The notes beneath the pieces are model-generated. The model was given only the letters and a program-made list of their open reading frames with translations, was not told where the DNA came from and did not search any database. Made by a program: the position numbers and the translations under genes. From Candidatus Calescibacterium sp. (lineage in GTDB: Bacteria; Calescibacteriota; Calescibacteriia; Calescibacteriales; Calescibacteriaceae), in contig JAVVGL010000003.1 of the NCBI GenBank assembly GCA_032249135.1, forward strand, positions 1 to 64,000: a stretch of DNA of 64,000 nucleotides. Reading direction: 5' to 3'. This document shows, in pieces, positions 33,123-42,219 of this stretch (positions within the stretch are counted from its first letter, which is position 1; each line of letters begins with the position of its first letter).

Positions 33123-33818
33123 TTATTCACTATTATCTATTTTCAACTTATCAATAACAGTCTGAAAATTCTTTTGAGTATCTCCCTTGAACAAAAATGC
33201 TCCAAAAACCAAAATGTTCGCCCCCGCTGAAATCACTTTCTCAACATTTTCCTCATTTAATCCCCCGTCAACTCCTATCAGAAAATTAAAACCATTCTCC
33301 CTCCTTATTATATCAAGCTCGGAAATTTTTTTCAAAGAAGAAGATATGAATTCTTGCCCATAAAAGCCCGGATTTACGCTCATAACAAGAACTACATCTA
33401 AAATGTCAAAGAGTTCTTTTAGAAAAATGATGGGAGTCCCAGGATTTAAGGCCACTCCCACCTTTGCTCCTGACTTTTTTATCGTCTCAATAACTCTGTG
33501 AGGATGTCTTGTTGCTTCTATATGAAAAGTGATAAGATTACCTCCAGCCTTTACAAAATCTAATACATATCTTTCAGGTTCAACTATCATAAGATGAACA
33601 TCAAAAAAAACATTATCAAATTTTTTTCTCAAAGATTCCACGACTGGAATCCCAAAAGATATATTTGGTACAAAAACACCATCCATCACATCAAAATGAA
33701 TCATATCTGCTCCCAGTTCAAGAACTTTTCTCACCTCATCACCAAGACAAGAAAAATCAGCAGCAAGAATGCTCGGAGATATGAAAATAGACTTACCTTT
33801 TTTACTTGTCTTGCTCAT
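33123..33818 (-). CDS. rpe: Ribulose-phosphate 3-epimerase
   Basis: SPSILAADF, HFDVMDGVFVPN, DVHLMI, MSVNPGF, VDGG. Confidence 0.96.
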   Translation of the reverse strand: MSKTSKKGKSIFISPSILAADFSCLGDEVRKVLELGADMIHFDVMDGVFVPNISFGIPVVESLRKKFDNVFFDVHLMIVEPERYVLDFVKAGGNLITFHIEATRHPHRVIETIKKSGAKVGVALNPGTPIIFLKELFDILDVVLVMSVNPGFYGQEFISSSLKKISELDIIRRENGFNFLIGVDGGLNEENVEKVISAGANILVFGAFLFKGDTQKNFQTVIDKLKIDNSE

Positions 33819-33861
33819 TTGTTTTATTTTTTGTTCTCCTCATTTTGTTCTCACTTCTTCA

Positions 33862-34248
33862 TCACTCAATACTTTCACCTAATTCTTCTTTACTCTCTTC
33901 CCCTTCTTCTTCCTCTTTCTTTCCTGACAATCCAATTTCCTCGCTCAAGGATTCAACTGCTTCTTCTATATCTATATCTGAATCAAGCTCCGATGAATAT
34001 TCTTTCAGAGTTTTTTGCATCCATTTTTTTATACTCTCTGGATTATTTATATCTACCGATCTCATAGCTTCATCAACTGTACTTTCCATTCTTTCTTCGT
34101 CTGACCTCAAACGAGCAAATCTTGAAATTATTCTTTTAAGTTTTTCCCCACCACACTTTTTACATTTCAAAACTTCGTTTTCCCAAGGAAAAACTAAAAA
34201 AGAATTTTTAACTCCACAACTTTCGCATATGTATTCATATATCGGCAT
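33862..34248 (-). CDS. FmdB-family zinc ribbon protein
   Basis: MPIYEYICESCG...CKKCGG...RIISRF; acidic tail. Confidence 0.85.
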   Translation of the reverse strand: MPIYEYICESCGVKNSFLVFPWENEVLKCKKCGGEKLKRIISRFARLRSDEERMESTVDEAMRSVDINNPESIKKWMQKTLKEYSSELDSDIDIEEAVESLSEEIGLSGKKEEEEGEESKEELGESIE

Positions 34249-34353
34249 AGCTTATGACCTCCTTTCTATAAAAAATATAAAATAAAAATAAATAAAATTC
34301 TAAACTATTTGTCCAATCTAAACCATTTTTTGCACAGGTTCATTTTTTGCGAT

Positions 34354-35811
34354 TTACTTTTCAGGTTTTAATGTTGGGAAAAGTATAACTTCTTTTATCG
34401 TTGTAGCACCTGTTATCAACATAACTAATCTATCAATACCTATACCCTCTCCTGCAGTCGGAGGCATGCCATATTCCAGAGCCTTTACAAAATCCCAATC
34501 CATATCTTCAAGTAGCTCCCTCATTCTCCTTATTTTTATCTGTTCCTCAAATCTTTTTCTTTGATCTTCTGGGTCAGAAAGTTCAGAAAAAGCATTTGCA
34601 ACCTCCATTCCAAAAACATAAAGTTCAAACCTTTCGGTAAAATCCGGATCGTCTTCTTTTCTTTTTGCAAGAGGTGAAGTTGAAGTAGGGAAATCTAACA
34701 CAAATGTAGGGGTTTCCAATTTATCTGCTATAAAAGTTTCAAAATATTCCAAAATTATGTTTCCCCAGTCCATATCATTCTCAATTTTCATTTTGTCTTT
34801 CAGAGCATTCTTCAGAAAACTTTCATCTTTTATTTTATCCGCTGGAATCCCTGAATGTTTTATGAATTCATCTTTTATACTCACCCGCGGAAAAGGAACA
34901 GAAAACTCTATCTCTTTCTCTCCTCTCTTTACTACAAGTTTTCCGTTAATAAGCTCGCAAACCTGTGAGAAAAGCTCTTCCGTAAGTCTCATAAGATCGT
35001 TGTAATCTGCATAAGCTTGATATAGTTCAAGCATAGAAAACTCAGGATTATGGTAAGATGACACACCCTCATTTCTGAAATTTTTCCCAATCTCAAAAAC
35101 CTTGTCAAATCCCCCTATTATCAATCTTTTAAGATAAAGCTCTGGCGCTATTCTAAGGAAAAATTCTGCTTCAAGTTCATTATGGTAAGTTTTAAACGGA
35201 CGAGCAACAGCACCTGATGGAACAGGTTGCAAAACAGGAGTTTCAACCTCAACAAATCCTCTATCAATAAGAAAATTTCGTATGAAGTTTATTATCTTGT
35301 GTCTTTTTATAAAAATTTCTTTTACATCAGGATTCATTATAAGGTCAAGGTATCTTGCTCTGAACCGCGTTTCAATATCTTTTAATCCGTGCCATTTTTC
35401 AGGGAGGGGATGTAAAGATTTAGCAAGTATTTTCAAAGAAGTGGTATAAACTGTTATTTCGCCTTTCTTTGTTCTAAAAACTGTTCCTTCAATTCCAACT
35501 ATATCTCCTGAATCAACAAAATCTTTAAAAAAACGCAAGAGATCCTCACTGTATTTTTTCTCTATGAAAGCTTGAATACTGCCAGTATGATCTAAAATAT
35601 GAAAAAAAACTGAACCACCGAAATCTCTTATTGTTAAAACTCTACCTGAAATAGAAACCTGAGTTTCCACATGTTCCCCTGCTTTCAGATTTTGAAAATC
35701 CTCCTTTATTTTCGCAGCTGTATGTTTTGGTCTGAATTTCTGTTTATATGGATCCAATCCATTCCTGATAAGCTCTTTCAATTTCTGTAATCTTATCTCA
35801 TACTCAGTCAT
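34354..35811 (-). CDS. lysS: Lysine-tRNA ligase, class II (probable start 35811)
   Basis: LPEKWHGL, RYLDLI, LRIAPELYLKRL, FRNEG, YGMPPTAGEGIGIDRL. Confidence 0.97.
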   Translation of the reverse strand: MTEYEIRLQKLKELIRNGLDPYKQKFRPKHTAAKIKEDFQNLKAGEHVETQVSISGRVLTIRDFGGSVFFHILDHTGSIQAFIEKKYSEDLLRFFKDFVDSGDIVGIEGTVFRTKKGEITVYTTSLKILAKSLHPLPEKWHGLKDIETRFRARYLDLIMNPDVKEIFIKRHKIINFIRNFLIDRGFVEVETPVLQPVPSGAVARPFKTYHNELEAEFFLRIAPELYLKRLIIGGFDKVFEIGKNFRNEGVSSYHNPEFSMLELYQAYADYNDLMRLTEELFSQVCELINGKLVVKRGEKEIEFSVPFPRVSIKDEFIKHSGIPADKIKDESFLKNALKDKMKIENDMDWGNIILEYFETFIADKLETPTFVLDFPTSTSPLAKRKEDDPDFTERFELYVFGMEVANAFSELSDPEDQRKRFEEQIKIRRMRELLEDMDWDFVKALEYGMPPTAGEGIGIDRLVMLITGATTIKEVILFPTLKPEK

Positions 35812-35876
35812 ATTTTTATAATAAAAAGAAAAAGTAATTTTAGTGAGAAGAAAAAATAATTTTACCTGAGTCAATT

Positions 35877-36902
35877 TCAGAGAAAGCTTTTTTTGAAAGC
35901 AACAAAATTTTCTCCGAAAAGCATCCTTATATCTGATATTCCGAACTTTATCATAGCCAACCTTTCAACTCCCATACCAAAAGCAAACCCTTGAACACCC
36001 TCATATCCTACACTTTTAAAAACTTCCGGATGTACCATTCCACATCCAGCAACTTCAAGAAATCCGCTCCCCTTACAAACCTTACAATCTTTGCTATTCC
36101 CTCCACAAATACATGAAACATCAACCTCAGCAGACGGTTCTGTGAAAGGAAAATATGAAGGTCTAAATCTCACACGAATGCCTTCACCAAAGAATTTTTT
36201 GAAGAAAAATTCAAGGACACCGAAAAGGTCCGACATTCTAACTTTTCGGTCAACAAATAATCCCTCAACTTGATGAAATACAGGAGAATGCGTCGCATCC
36301 CAATCTCTTCTGAAAACCCTTCCCGGCGCAATTATTTTTATAGGTAAAATACCTTTTCTTTTGAGCATAGCTCTTATTTGAACAGGAGATGTATGAGTTC
36401 TCAAAAGCCGCCCGTCTTCAAGGTAAAATGTATCTTGCATATCTCTTGCCGGATGATCAGGTGGAATATTCAGAGCGGTAAAGTTGAACCAATCTTCCTC
36501 TATCTCAGGACCATCTTCAATTTCAAATCCCATTTTTTCAAATATTTGGGTTATCTCCCGCAAAGCTATTGTAACTGGATGCAAATTTGCAGAAAAATTT
36601 TTTCTCCCGGGAAGAGTTATATCTTCAGAAAATTCTACTTGCTTCCTCTCCAAACTACTTTTCAGAGTCTCTAATCTTCTCTCAATATATTCTTTGAACT
36701 CATTAAGAATTCTTCCGGCTGTTTTTCGCTCCTCAGATTGAAGTTGAGGTATAATCTTGAATAAATCCTGCAAAATCCCTTTCTTCCCGATATACTTTGA
36801 TTTTATACGAAAAATATCCCCTTCATCTTTTACACCAGCTATCTCCGAATCAAATTCTTCCTTTAATTTTTTGATCTGCTCCTCCAAAGACAAAATATCC
36901 AT
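35877..36902 (-). CDS. pheS: Phenylalanine-tRNA ligase alpha subunit
   Basis: HPARDMQDTFY, LRTHTSPVQ, FHQVEG, RPSYFPFTEPS, GFAFGMGVERL. Confidence 0.97.
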   Translation of the reverse strand: MDILSLEEQIKKLKEEFDSEIAGVKDEGDIFRIKSKYIGKKGILQDLFKIIPQLQSEERKTAGRILNEFKEYIERRLETLKSSLERKQVEFSEDITLPGRKNFSANLHPVTIALREITQIFEKMGFEIEDGPEIEEDWFNFTALNIPPDHPARDMQDTFYLEDGRLLRTHTSPVQIRAMLKRKGILPIKIIAPGRVFRRDWDATHSPVFHQVEGLFVDRKVRMSDLFGVLEFFFKKFFGEGIRVRFRPSYFPFTEPSAEVDVSCICGGNSKDCKVCKGSGFLEVAGCGMVHPEVFKSVGYEGVQGFAFGMGVERLAMIKFGISDIRMLFGENFVAFKKSFL

Positions 36903-36937
36903 AGTAGTACTACTATTAACTATTATTTTATTTATTT

Positions 36938-37564
36938 CTATTTTGATGTAAGTGGAGAAAGTTTTATTTTTACGCTTACAGCTCCCCTGAAATCACCCGG
37001 ATTGTATCCAAAAGCTTTGTCTTCTGGATACTTTTCTTTGAGAAACTTTCTCACATCTTCCGGGATAGAATTCAAATCACCGTGACACGAAAGACACATA
37101 GGTTGAACCAATATAGGTTTAAAATATCTCAAATATTTCCCATCTTTTTCTTCTACAATTTCATAATATTCATCCTGTAATTTACCTTCTTTACTTAATT
37201 TTTCAAGTTTTTTCAAGAAAGAAAGCTCATATTTATCTGGTTTATTCTTTTCATTTCTATATTTTTCACTTATTCTCCTTATGTAAAAGCCATATTTTTG
37301 TTGCTTTTCTTTGATTATATTTTGAGAAAGTTCAGAACATACAGAAACAGCAGATAAGACATCACCTTTTTCAAGTTCTTTCAACAAAGCATCTCTCATA
37401 GTTTCAATCAAGTCCTTTGATGATTTTCTCGCTATATCTAAATACTGAGCAATCAAATTATTTTCCTCCTCTTTTCCCTCCTGACCGAAAATATTTTCTG
37501 CTCCCACCCCTAAAACAAAGAAAATTACGAAGACCAACCCAATTGATAACCCAAAACTTCTCAT
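36938..37564 (-). CDS. Periplasmic c-type heme protein (DUF3365/Tll0287-like)
   Basis: Signal peptide, RRISEKYRN..N.PD, CLSCHG, YPEDKAFGY..GDFRGAVS. Confidence 0.85.
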   Translation of the reverse strand: MRSFGLSIGLVFVIFFVLGVGAENIFGQEGKEEENNLIAQYLDIARKSSKDLIETMRDALLKELEKGDVLSAVSVCSELSQNIIKEKQQKYGFYIRRISEKYRNEKNKPDKYELSFLKKLEKLSKEGKLQDEYYEIVEEKDGKYLRYFKPILVQPMCLSCHGDLNSIPEDVRKFLKEKYPEDKAFGYNPGDFRGAVSVKIKLSPLTSK

Positions 37565-37635
37565 TTAGATTATATTAACTTTTCACAGAAAGCTTTTAAA
37601 TTATTCAAAAGAATTCAAAAGGTAAGAAAGATTCT

Positions 37636-38658
37636 ATGAACAAAATTGTAATATCTGTATCTGGTGGTCTTGGAGATACAATTGAACTTTTACCGATTTT
37701 TTCAAAATTTCAAGGCTACATAGTTATCTCTGACCTATACAAAGAATTATTTTCTTTATACAATTTCAAGATAATATGGTGGGAGGAGAAAAAAAGCGAG
37801 ATTGAAAACATAATCAGAATAACGAAAAAAATTTACGAGATAAAGCCTGAAATAGTATATGGAACATATCCGAACGGCAGAAGAATAAATCTTTTGCTTG
37901 CGCTGTCTCCCGGAAAAAAAATCTTCTGCGACGATGGAAATTACAATTTAAAAAGATTAGTAAGCATAGCGAAACTCTCACAAGGAGCTTACCCCATAAA
38001 AATTCCGTTTGAAGAAAAATTAACCTACAGAGAAAGAAATTCAATTATACTCGGAATAACACCTAAATATCCTTTTGAATTTGCTGAAATTGAAGAGTAT
38101 AAAAAAGAAGCCGAAGAATTTGCAAAATCAAAATATGCTCTGATTCATCCTGGGGTAAAGTATAAAACAAAGGCTTGGGACATAACCAAATTTATAAAAA
38201 TATCAAAGAAAATCCTTCAAGAAGGAATAAATGTAATTTTTGCGCTCGGAAAAGAAGATAAAGAAGAATTTTCCATCATAAATGACAATTTTAGAAAAGA
38301 AGAAAAGCAAGATAAAGTGAGAATACTTTTTGGGGAAAGCATAAACAAAGTAATATCTTATGGAAAGCGAGCTTTTTTTTCTTTGTGCAACGATTCAGCA
38401 GTTGCTCACATAACCGGAATAGCCGGAGTGAAAACATTTGTAATTTACGGATACACAAGATATTATCATACAGCTCCACCGAATTCAGAAATAATAAGAC
38501 TTGACCTACCCTGCTCCCCTTGCTATAACTTTGCCAAAGGAGAACTTGCAGTAAAAAAAGAATGCAAAATAAACATAGCGTGTCTTAGAGAAATTAGTGA
38601 AAATATGGTATGGGAAAGAATCAAAAATTTTCTTTATAAAAATCACAGATTTTTTTGA
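37636..38658 (+). CDS. Glycosyltransferase family 9 (heptosyltransferase-like)
   Basis: GGLGD, IHPG...KAW, CNDSAVAHI, LPCSPC. Confidence 0.85.
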   Translation: MNKIVISVSGGLGDTIELLPIFSKFQGYIVISDLYKELFSLYNFKIIWWEEKKSEIENIIRITKKIYEIKPEIVYGTYPNGRRINLLLALSPGKKIFCDDGNYNLKRLVSIAKLSQGAYPIKIPFEEKLTYRERNSIILGITPKYPFEFAEIEEYKKEAEEFAKSKYALIHPGVKYKTKAWDITKFIKISKKILQEGINVIFALGKEDKEEFSIINDNFRKEEKQDKVRILFGESINKVISYGKRAFFSLCNDSAVAHITGIAGVKTFVIYGYTRYYHTAPPNSEIIRLDLPCSPCYNFAKGELAVKKECKINIACLREISENMVWERIKNFLYKNHRFF

Positions 38659-39334
38659 AAAAGCATATATTGCATCGTGGTCTTAAAGCTTTACAGATAT
38701 TTCTGCCGTGATTTATAAGGAAAATATGAGATAAAATTTTGTTTTTGAAATGAGGTGAAACTAATTTGTAAATTTTCTCACGGGAACCAGTTGCTATACC
38801 GAGACGGGTCATTATTCTTGATATGTGAGTATCTACCGGGAAAGTATCAAATCCGCATCCGAAAGCTAAAATGACCTCTGCACTTTTTGGACCTATACCA
38901 TCTATTGAAGTCAAAAACTCAAAAGCCTTTTCTTTTCCGAGTTTGCACAAATCAGAAGGATCTTGAAATCTTTCTTTTATCTTTTGTAAAGCATTTTTTA
39001 TGCGCTTTGTTTTTACCGTAGGCAAACCACAAATCCGAATCAAATTTTCTATTTCATAATCCTCAACCTCAAGAAGCTCAAACATGTTTTCGTATTTTCT
39101 TTTCAAATTCTCAAAAGCTATATCTCTGAGCTTATCCGATGTGTTCTGAGATAGTATTGTTTTTACAACAACATCTAAAATTTCCCCTCTTTTTCTTTGA
39201 GCAAACTCATAAATTCCGTAAAAATCCTTATGTTTCAGAATTATTTTTTCAAGAGCTTCTATCTTCTTCTTTATATTCTTTTCCATCTGTTCTTTTAGAG
39301 ACATCTTATTTATTATTTTCTTCCGTTTAATCAT
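38621..39334 (-). CDS. nth: Endonuclease III (HhH-GPD, 4Fe-4S)
   Basis: ILSQNTSD, IDGIGPKSA, FPVDTHI, GRNICKALRPRCNICFFKKIC. Confidence 0.88.
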   Translation of the reverse strand: MIKRKKIINKMSLKEQMEKNIKKKIEALEKIILKHKDFYGIYEFAQRKRGEILDVVVKTILSQNTSDKLRDIAFENLKRKYENMFELLEVEDYEIENLIRICGLPTVKTKRIKNALQKIKERFQDPSDLCKLGKEKAFEFLTSIDGIGPKSAEVILAFGCGFDTFPVDTHISRIMTRLGIATGSREKIYKLVSPHFKNKILSHIFLINHGRNICKALRPRCNICFFKKICDFYKENF

Positions 39335-39503
39335 CAGCGTTTAGATTTCACCACTCAAATAATATTGCCATTAATATTTCTATCCACCTTTAATATTTCT
39401 ATCCAACTTCAAAAAACAAGCAAAAATATAAAAAATTCGGGAAAATTAAAAACTTTTGTAAGTTTCATCTTCGGCTAAAGTTTTAGGTAAATAAAGCTGA
39501 AAA

Positions 39504-40427
39504 ATGAAGAAAATAGAAAAACAAAAAAGAGAAAAGAGAAAGAAATACAAAAAGGAGTTAAAAAGATTTGACCTGATTTTAAAAGAAATTTTCTCAAAAG
39601 CAGTTGGTATAATTTTTTGGTTAGCAACAGGACAGAAAATAGAGGGGAAAGCAAAGGTATTACCGGCTGAAATAAGATTTGTTAAATCTTTTTACCCTGA
39701 TATCCTACTTGAAATCGGTGGAAAAATATTCCACATAGAAATCCAGGTTCAGCAAGACAAAACTTTACCCGAAAGAATGCTTGACTATTTTTATGCTATA
39801 AGAAAAAAATATGGGAAAACACCAACACAAATAGTTTTATTCGTAGGCAAAGGAAATCCTCCGCCAAGCAAATTTGAACTAAAAGGTGAGTTTGGAACAC
39901 AAAACTTATCTTTCAATTTCGTAGTGTTAGATATGAAAAAAATAGACCCGGATGTTTTCATAAAAAGTGAAAAACCAGAAGAGATTATCGTTGGAATTTT
40001 AGCTGGCAAATTCAAAGATAAACCCAAGATAATAAGAAAGGTCAAAGAAAGAATTGTAGAAATTGTGAAAGATGAAGAAGAAATTGCTAAATATATAGAT
40101 AGTGTAAGCTTTTTAGCAGGTTTATTTGATATCAAAATAGAGGTAAAACCCATGCCAATTGAGGTTGACATAAAGAAAACTTTCCTTTATAAATGGGGTG
40201 AGAAAGAAGGGAAACAAGAAGGATTAAAGGAGGGGTTAAAGAAAGCGATTTTGTTGGATATTGAAGAAAAATTCGGTATTTCAAAGGCAAAGCAAATCAA
40301 AAAACTTTTAGATAAGATAAATGAAATAAATAGATTAGAAGAGATAAAGAGAAAAGTGATAAGAGCAGAAACCTGGAAAGATTTTGTCAGCTCTATCAAG
40401 AACTCAAATTCAAAAAATAAAATTTAG
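39504..40427 (+). CDS. Rpn/YhgA-like nuclease family protein, copy 3
   Basis: Paralogue of copies 1 and 2; YPDILL...FHIEIQ; internal GAGGT-N7-ATG at 40152. Confidence 0.8.
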   Translation: MKKIEKQKREKRKKYKKELKRFDLILKEIFSKAVGIIFWLATGQKIEGKAKVLPAEIRFVKSFYPDILLEIGGKIFHIEIQVQQDKTLPERMLDYFYAIRKKYGKTPTQIVLFVGKGNPPPSKFELKGEFGTQNLSFNFVVLDMKKIDPDVFIKSEKPEEIIVGILAGKFKDKPKIIRKVKERIVEIVKDEEEIAKYIDSVSFLAGLFDIKIEVKPMPIEVDIKKTFLYKWGEKEGKQEGLKEGLKKAILLDIEEKFGISKAKQIKKLLDKINEINRLEEIKRKVIRAETWKDFVSSIKNSNSKNKI

Positions 40428-40485
40428 AGGTTTATTTGATATCAAAATAGATAATTTTGTCAGAACATTTAGAAACCATAAGTAA
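40428..40485 (+). pseudogene. Collapsed remnant of an extra Rpn C-terminal cassette
   Basis: 24-bp exact repeat of 40118-40141, reading GLFDIKIDNFVRTFRNHK* from 40429; compare the copy 2 end DFVKVFRNHK*. Confidence 0.65.
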
Positions 40486-40574
40486 AAAAAACATAAAACA
40501 GGAATCTTTTCTCAAAAACAAATATTTTTTGAAAACTATTTTCACTTAGAAAAAAGTGAATAAGTTCTAATGAA

Positions 40575-41207
40575 GTGGCAAAGGAAAAACTCTTTTATGA
40601 AGCCGATAACCCAGGGCTTCAACCAGAGGAGGTTGAATTTTATGAAAGAAGTTTTCAGGCAGAAGGAGAACCTCATATTATTGACCCGATAAAGAGAGCA
40701 TATATAGCAACTATCATATTTATAGCTTCTGAGATAATGTATTTTGGAGCACTCATCAGCGCATTTTTGAGAATAAAAAGAACTCTGATTGAATGGCCAC
40801 CAGAAGGATTACCAGCGTATCCTGTTGCACAAACTTTATTTAACACTCTATTCCTTTTAGCAAGTGGCATCTTTAACTTAATATTTGATAAGAGAAGAAA
40901 AGAAATATTCTTTTTGCTGACTTGGATTTTTGGAGCAACATTTGTCATACTTCAAGGTGTTGAGTGGATAAGACTTATAAAGTTTGGTCTTACCATGACA
41001 ACTCATGCATATGGCTCAATATTTTATCTTATAGTTGGTTCTCACGCAGTCCATGTTCTCATAGGTCTGATATGGCTTTTGGTCGCACTCATAATATCTC
41101 AGAAGAAAGGTAAAATAAGAACGCCTTCTTTGGAAAGTGCATCTTTATTCTGGAAGTTCGTAGTTCTAATATGGCCAATTTTATATGTGTTAGTGTATAT
41201 TTTGTGA
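40575..41207 (+). CDS. Heme-copper oxidase subunit III, stand-alone copy
   Basis: FIASEIMYFG, NTLFLLASG, QGVEW, YGSIFY.IVGSHAVHV, LFWKFVVLIW. Confidence 0.85.
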   Translation: MAKEKLFYEADNPGLQPEEVEFYERSFQAEGEPHIIDPIKRAYIATIIFIASEIMYFGALISAFLRIKRTLIEWPPEGLPAYPVAQTLFNTLFLLASGIFNLIFDKRRKEIFFLLTWIFGATFVILQGVEWIRLIKFGLTMTTHAYGSIFYLIVGSHAVHVLIGLIWLLVALIISQKKGKIRTPSLESASLFWKFVVLIWPILYVLVYIL

Positions 41208-41223
41208 GGATAGATTAAGAAAG

Positions 41224-41901
41224 TTAAATTTCATATTTTTCAGAGTCCTCCGGATGCAAAGCTTTATCTTTTTGAATTTTTTTCATAAGATATGATTCAA
41301 GTTCTGATGCAAAAAATTCCATCCTACCTATAACTTTTTTTATCTTGTTCTGAAAGAAATTATAGGCTATAACAGCCGGAATAGCGGCAAAAAGCCCCAT
41401 AGCTGTTGTAAAAAGAGCTTCTGAAATTCCCGGAGCAACGACTTCAAGACCAGCTTTACCCATTTTTCCTATCTGATGGAAAGAATGCATTATCCCCCAC
41501 ACAGTTCCAAAAAGCCCAATAAATGGAGCCGACGAACCTATTATGGCATAAATAAACTGAAATCTTGAAACCCTTTCAGCAGCAATTTTTATTTCTTGAT
41601 TTATCATTCTCTGAATTTCATCTTTTGTGATGTCTTTTTTCCTCGTAAAAGTAGCAATAATTTCTTGAACAATTTGAGCTATTGGAGAAGGGTAGAATTC
41701 ATCATATTTGTGATAAGAAAAAAGGTCATTTATTCCTCCACTCCAAAAAAAATCAATAAATTCAGCGTCCTTTTCGTCTACATTTTTGAACATTATAATG
41801 TTGTAGATTATCAAAGCCCAAACCAAAATAGAAGACGAAAATAAAATGAAAATCACAATCTTTACAGGCAATGTTGCCTTCAATATAGCATCATAAAGCA
41901 T
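41224..41901 (-). CDS. TolQ/ExbB/MotA family proton channel (probable start 41901)
   Basis: IGSSAPFIGLFGTVWGIMHSF, VAPGISEAL.TTAMGLFAAIPAVIAYN. Confidence 0.9.
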   Translation of the reverse strand: MLYDAILKATLPVKIVIFILFSSSILVWALIIYNIIMFKNVDEKDAEFIDFFWSGGINDLFSYHKYDEFYPSPIAQIVQEIIATFTRKKDITKDEIQRMINQEIKIAAERVSRFQFIYAIIGSSAPFIGLFGTVWGIMHSFHQIGKMGKAGLEVVAPGISEALFTTAMGLFAAIPAVIAYNFFQNKIKKVIGRMEFFASELESYLMKKIQKDKALHPEDSEKYEI

Positions 41902-42219
41902 TAAAGAAAATTTTAAAATTTCTGACTTAAAGTTGAAGCACAAGCTGATAAAAATCCAAGGAAAATTTTTTCATAAAAAGGAAAATTTTTTGTAAAATGA
42001 AAAATATAAAATCAAGTTTTTTTATTCTTTGTATCAAAAGATAATGGTTGAAAGTTTGGCTTTTTTCAATTCTTTTGGTCGTACAAACAAAATCAAACGG
42101 GGGAAATTTCCCGAAAATCTCAAATATAGAAAAAGACAGGGAAAATTTCAGATAAAAACTCAAAACAATCAAAAAATCTTTTTCTTTATAAAAATAAACA
42201 GTGGGGAGGGAGGTGGAAA

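Noticed and set aside
22115-40427. Rpn copies as insertion sequences
   Set aside because: No shared terminal inverted repeats or target duplications seen, and the flanks differ; the 'putative transposase' label for this family is not supported by anything visible here.
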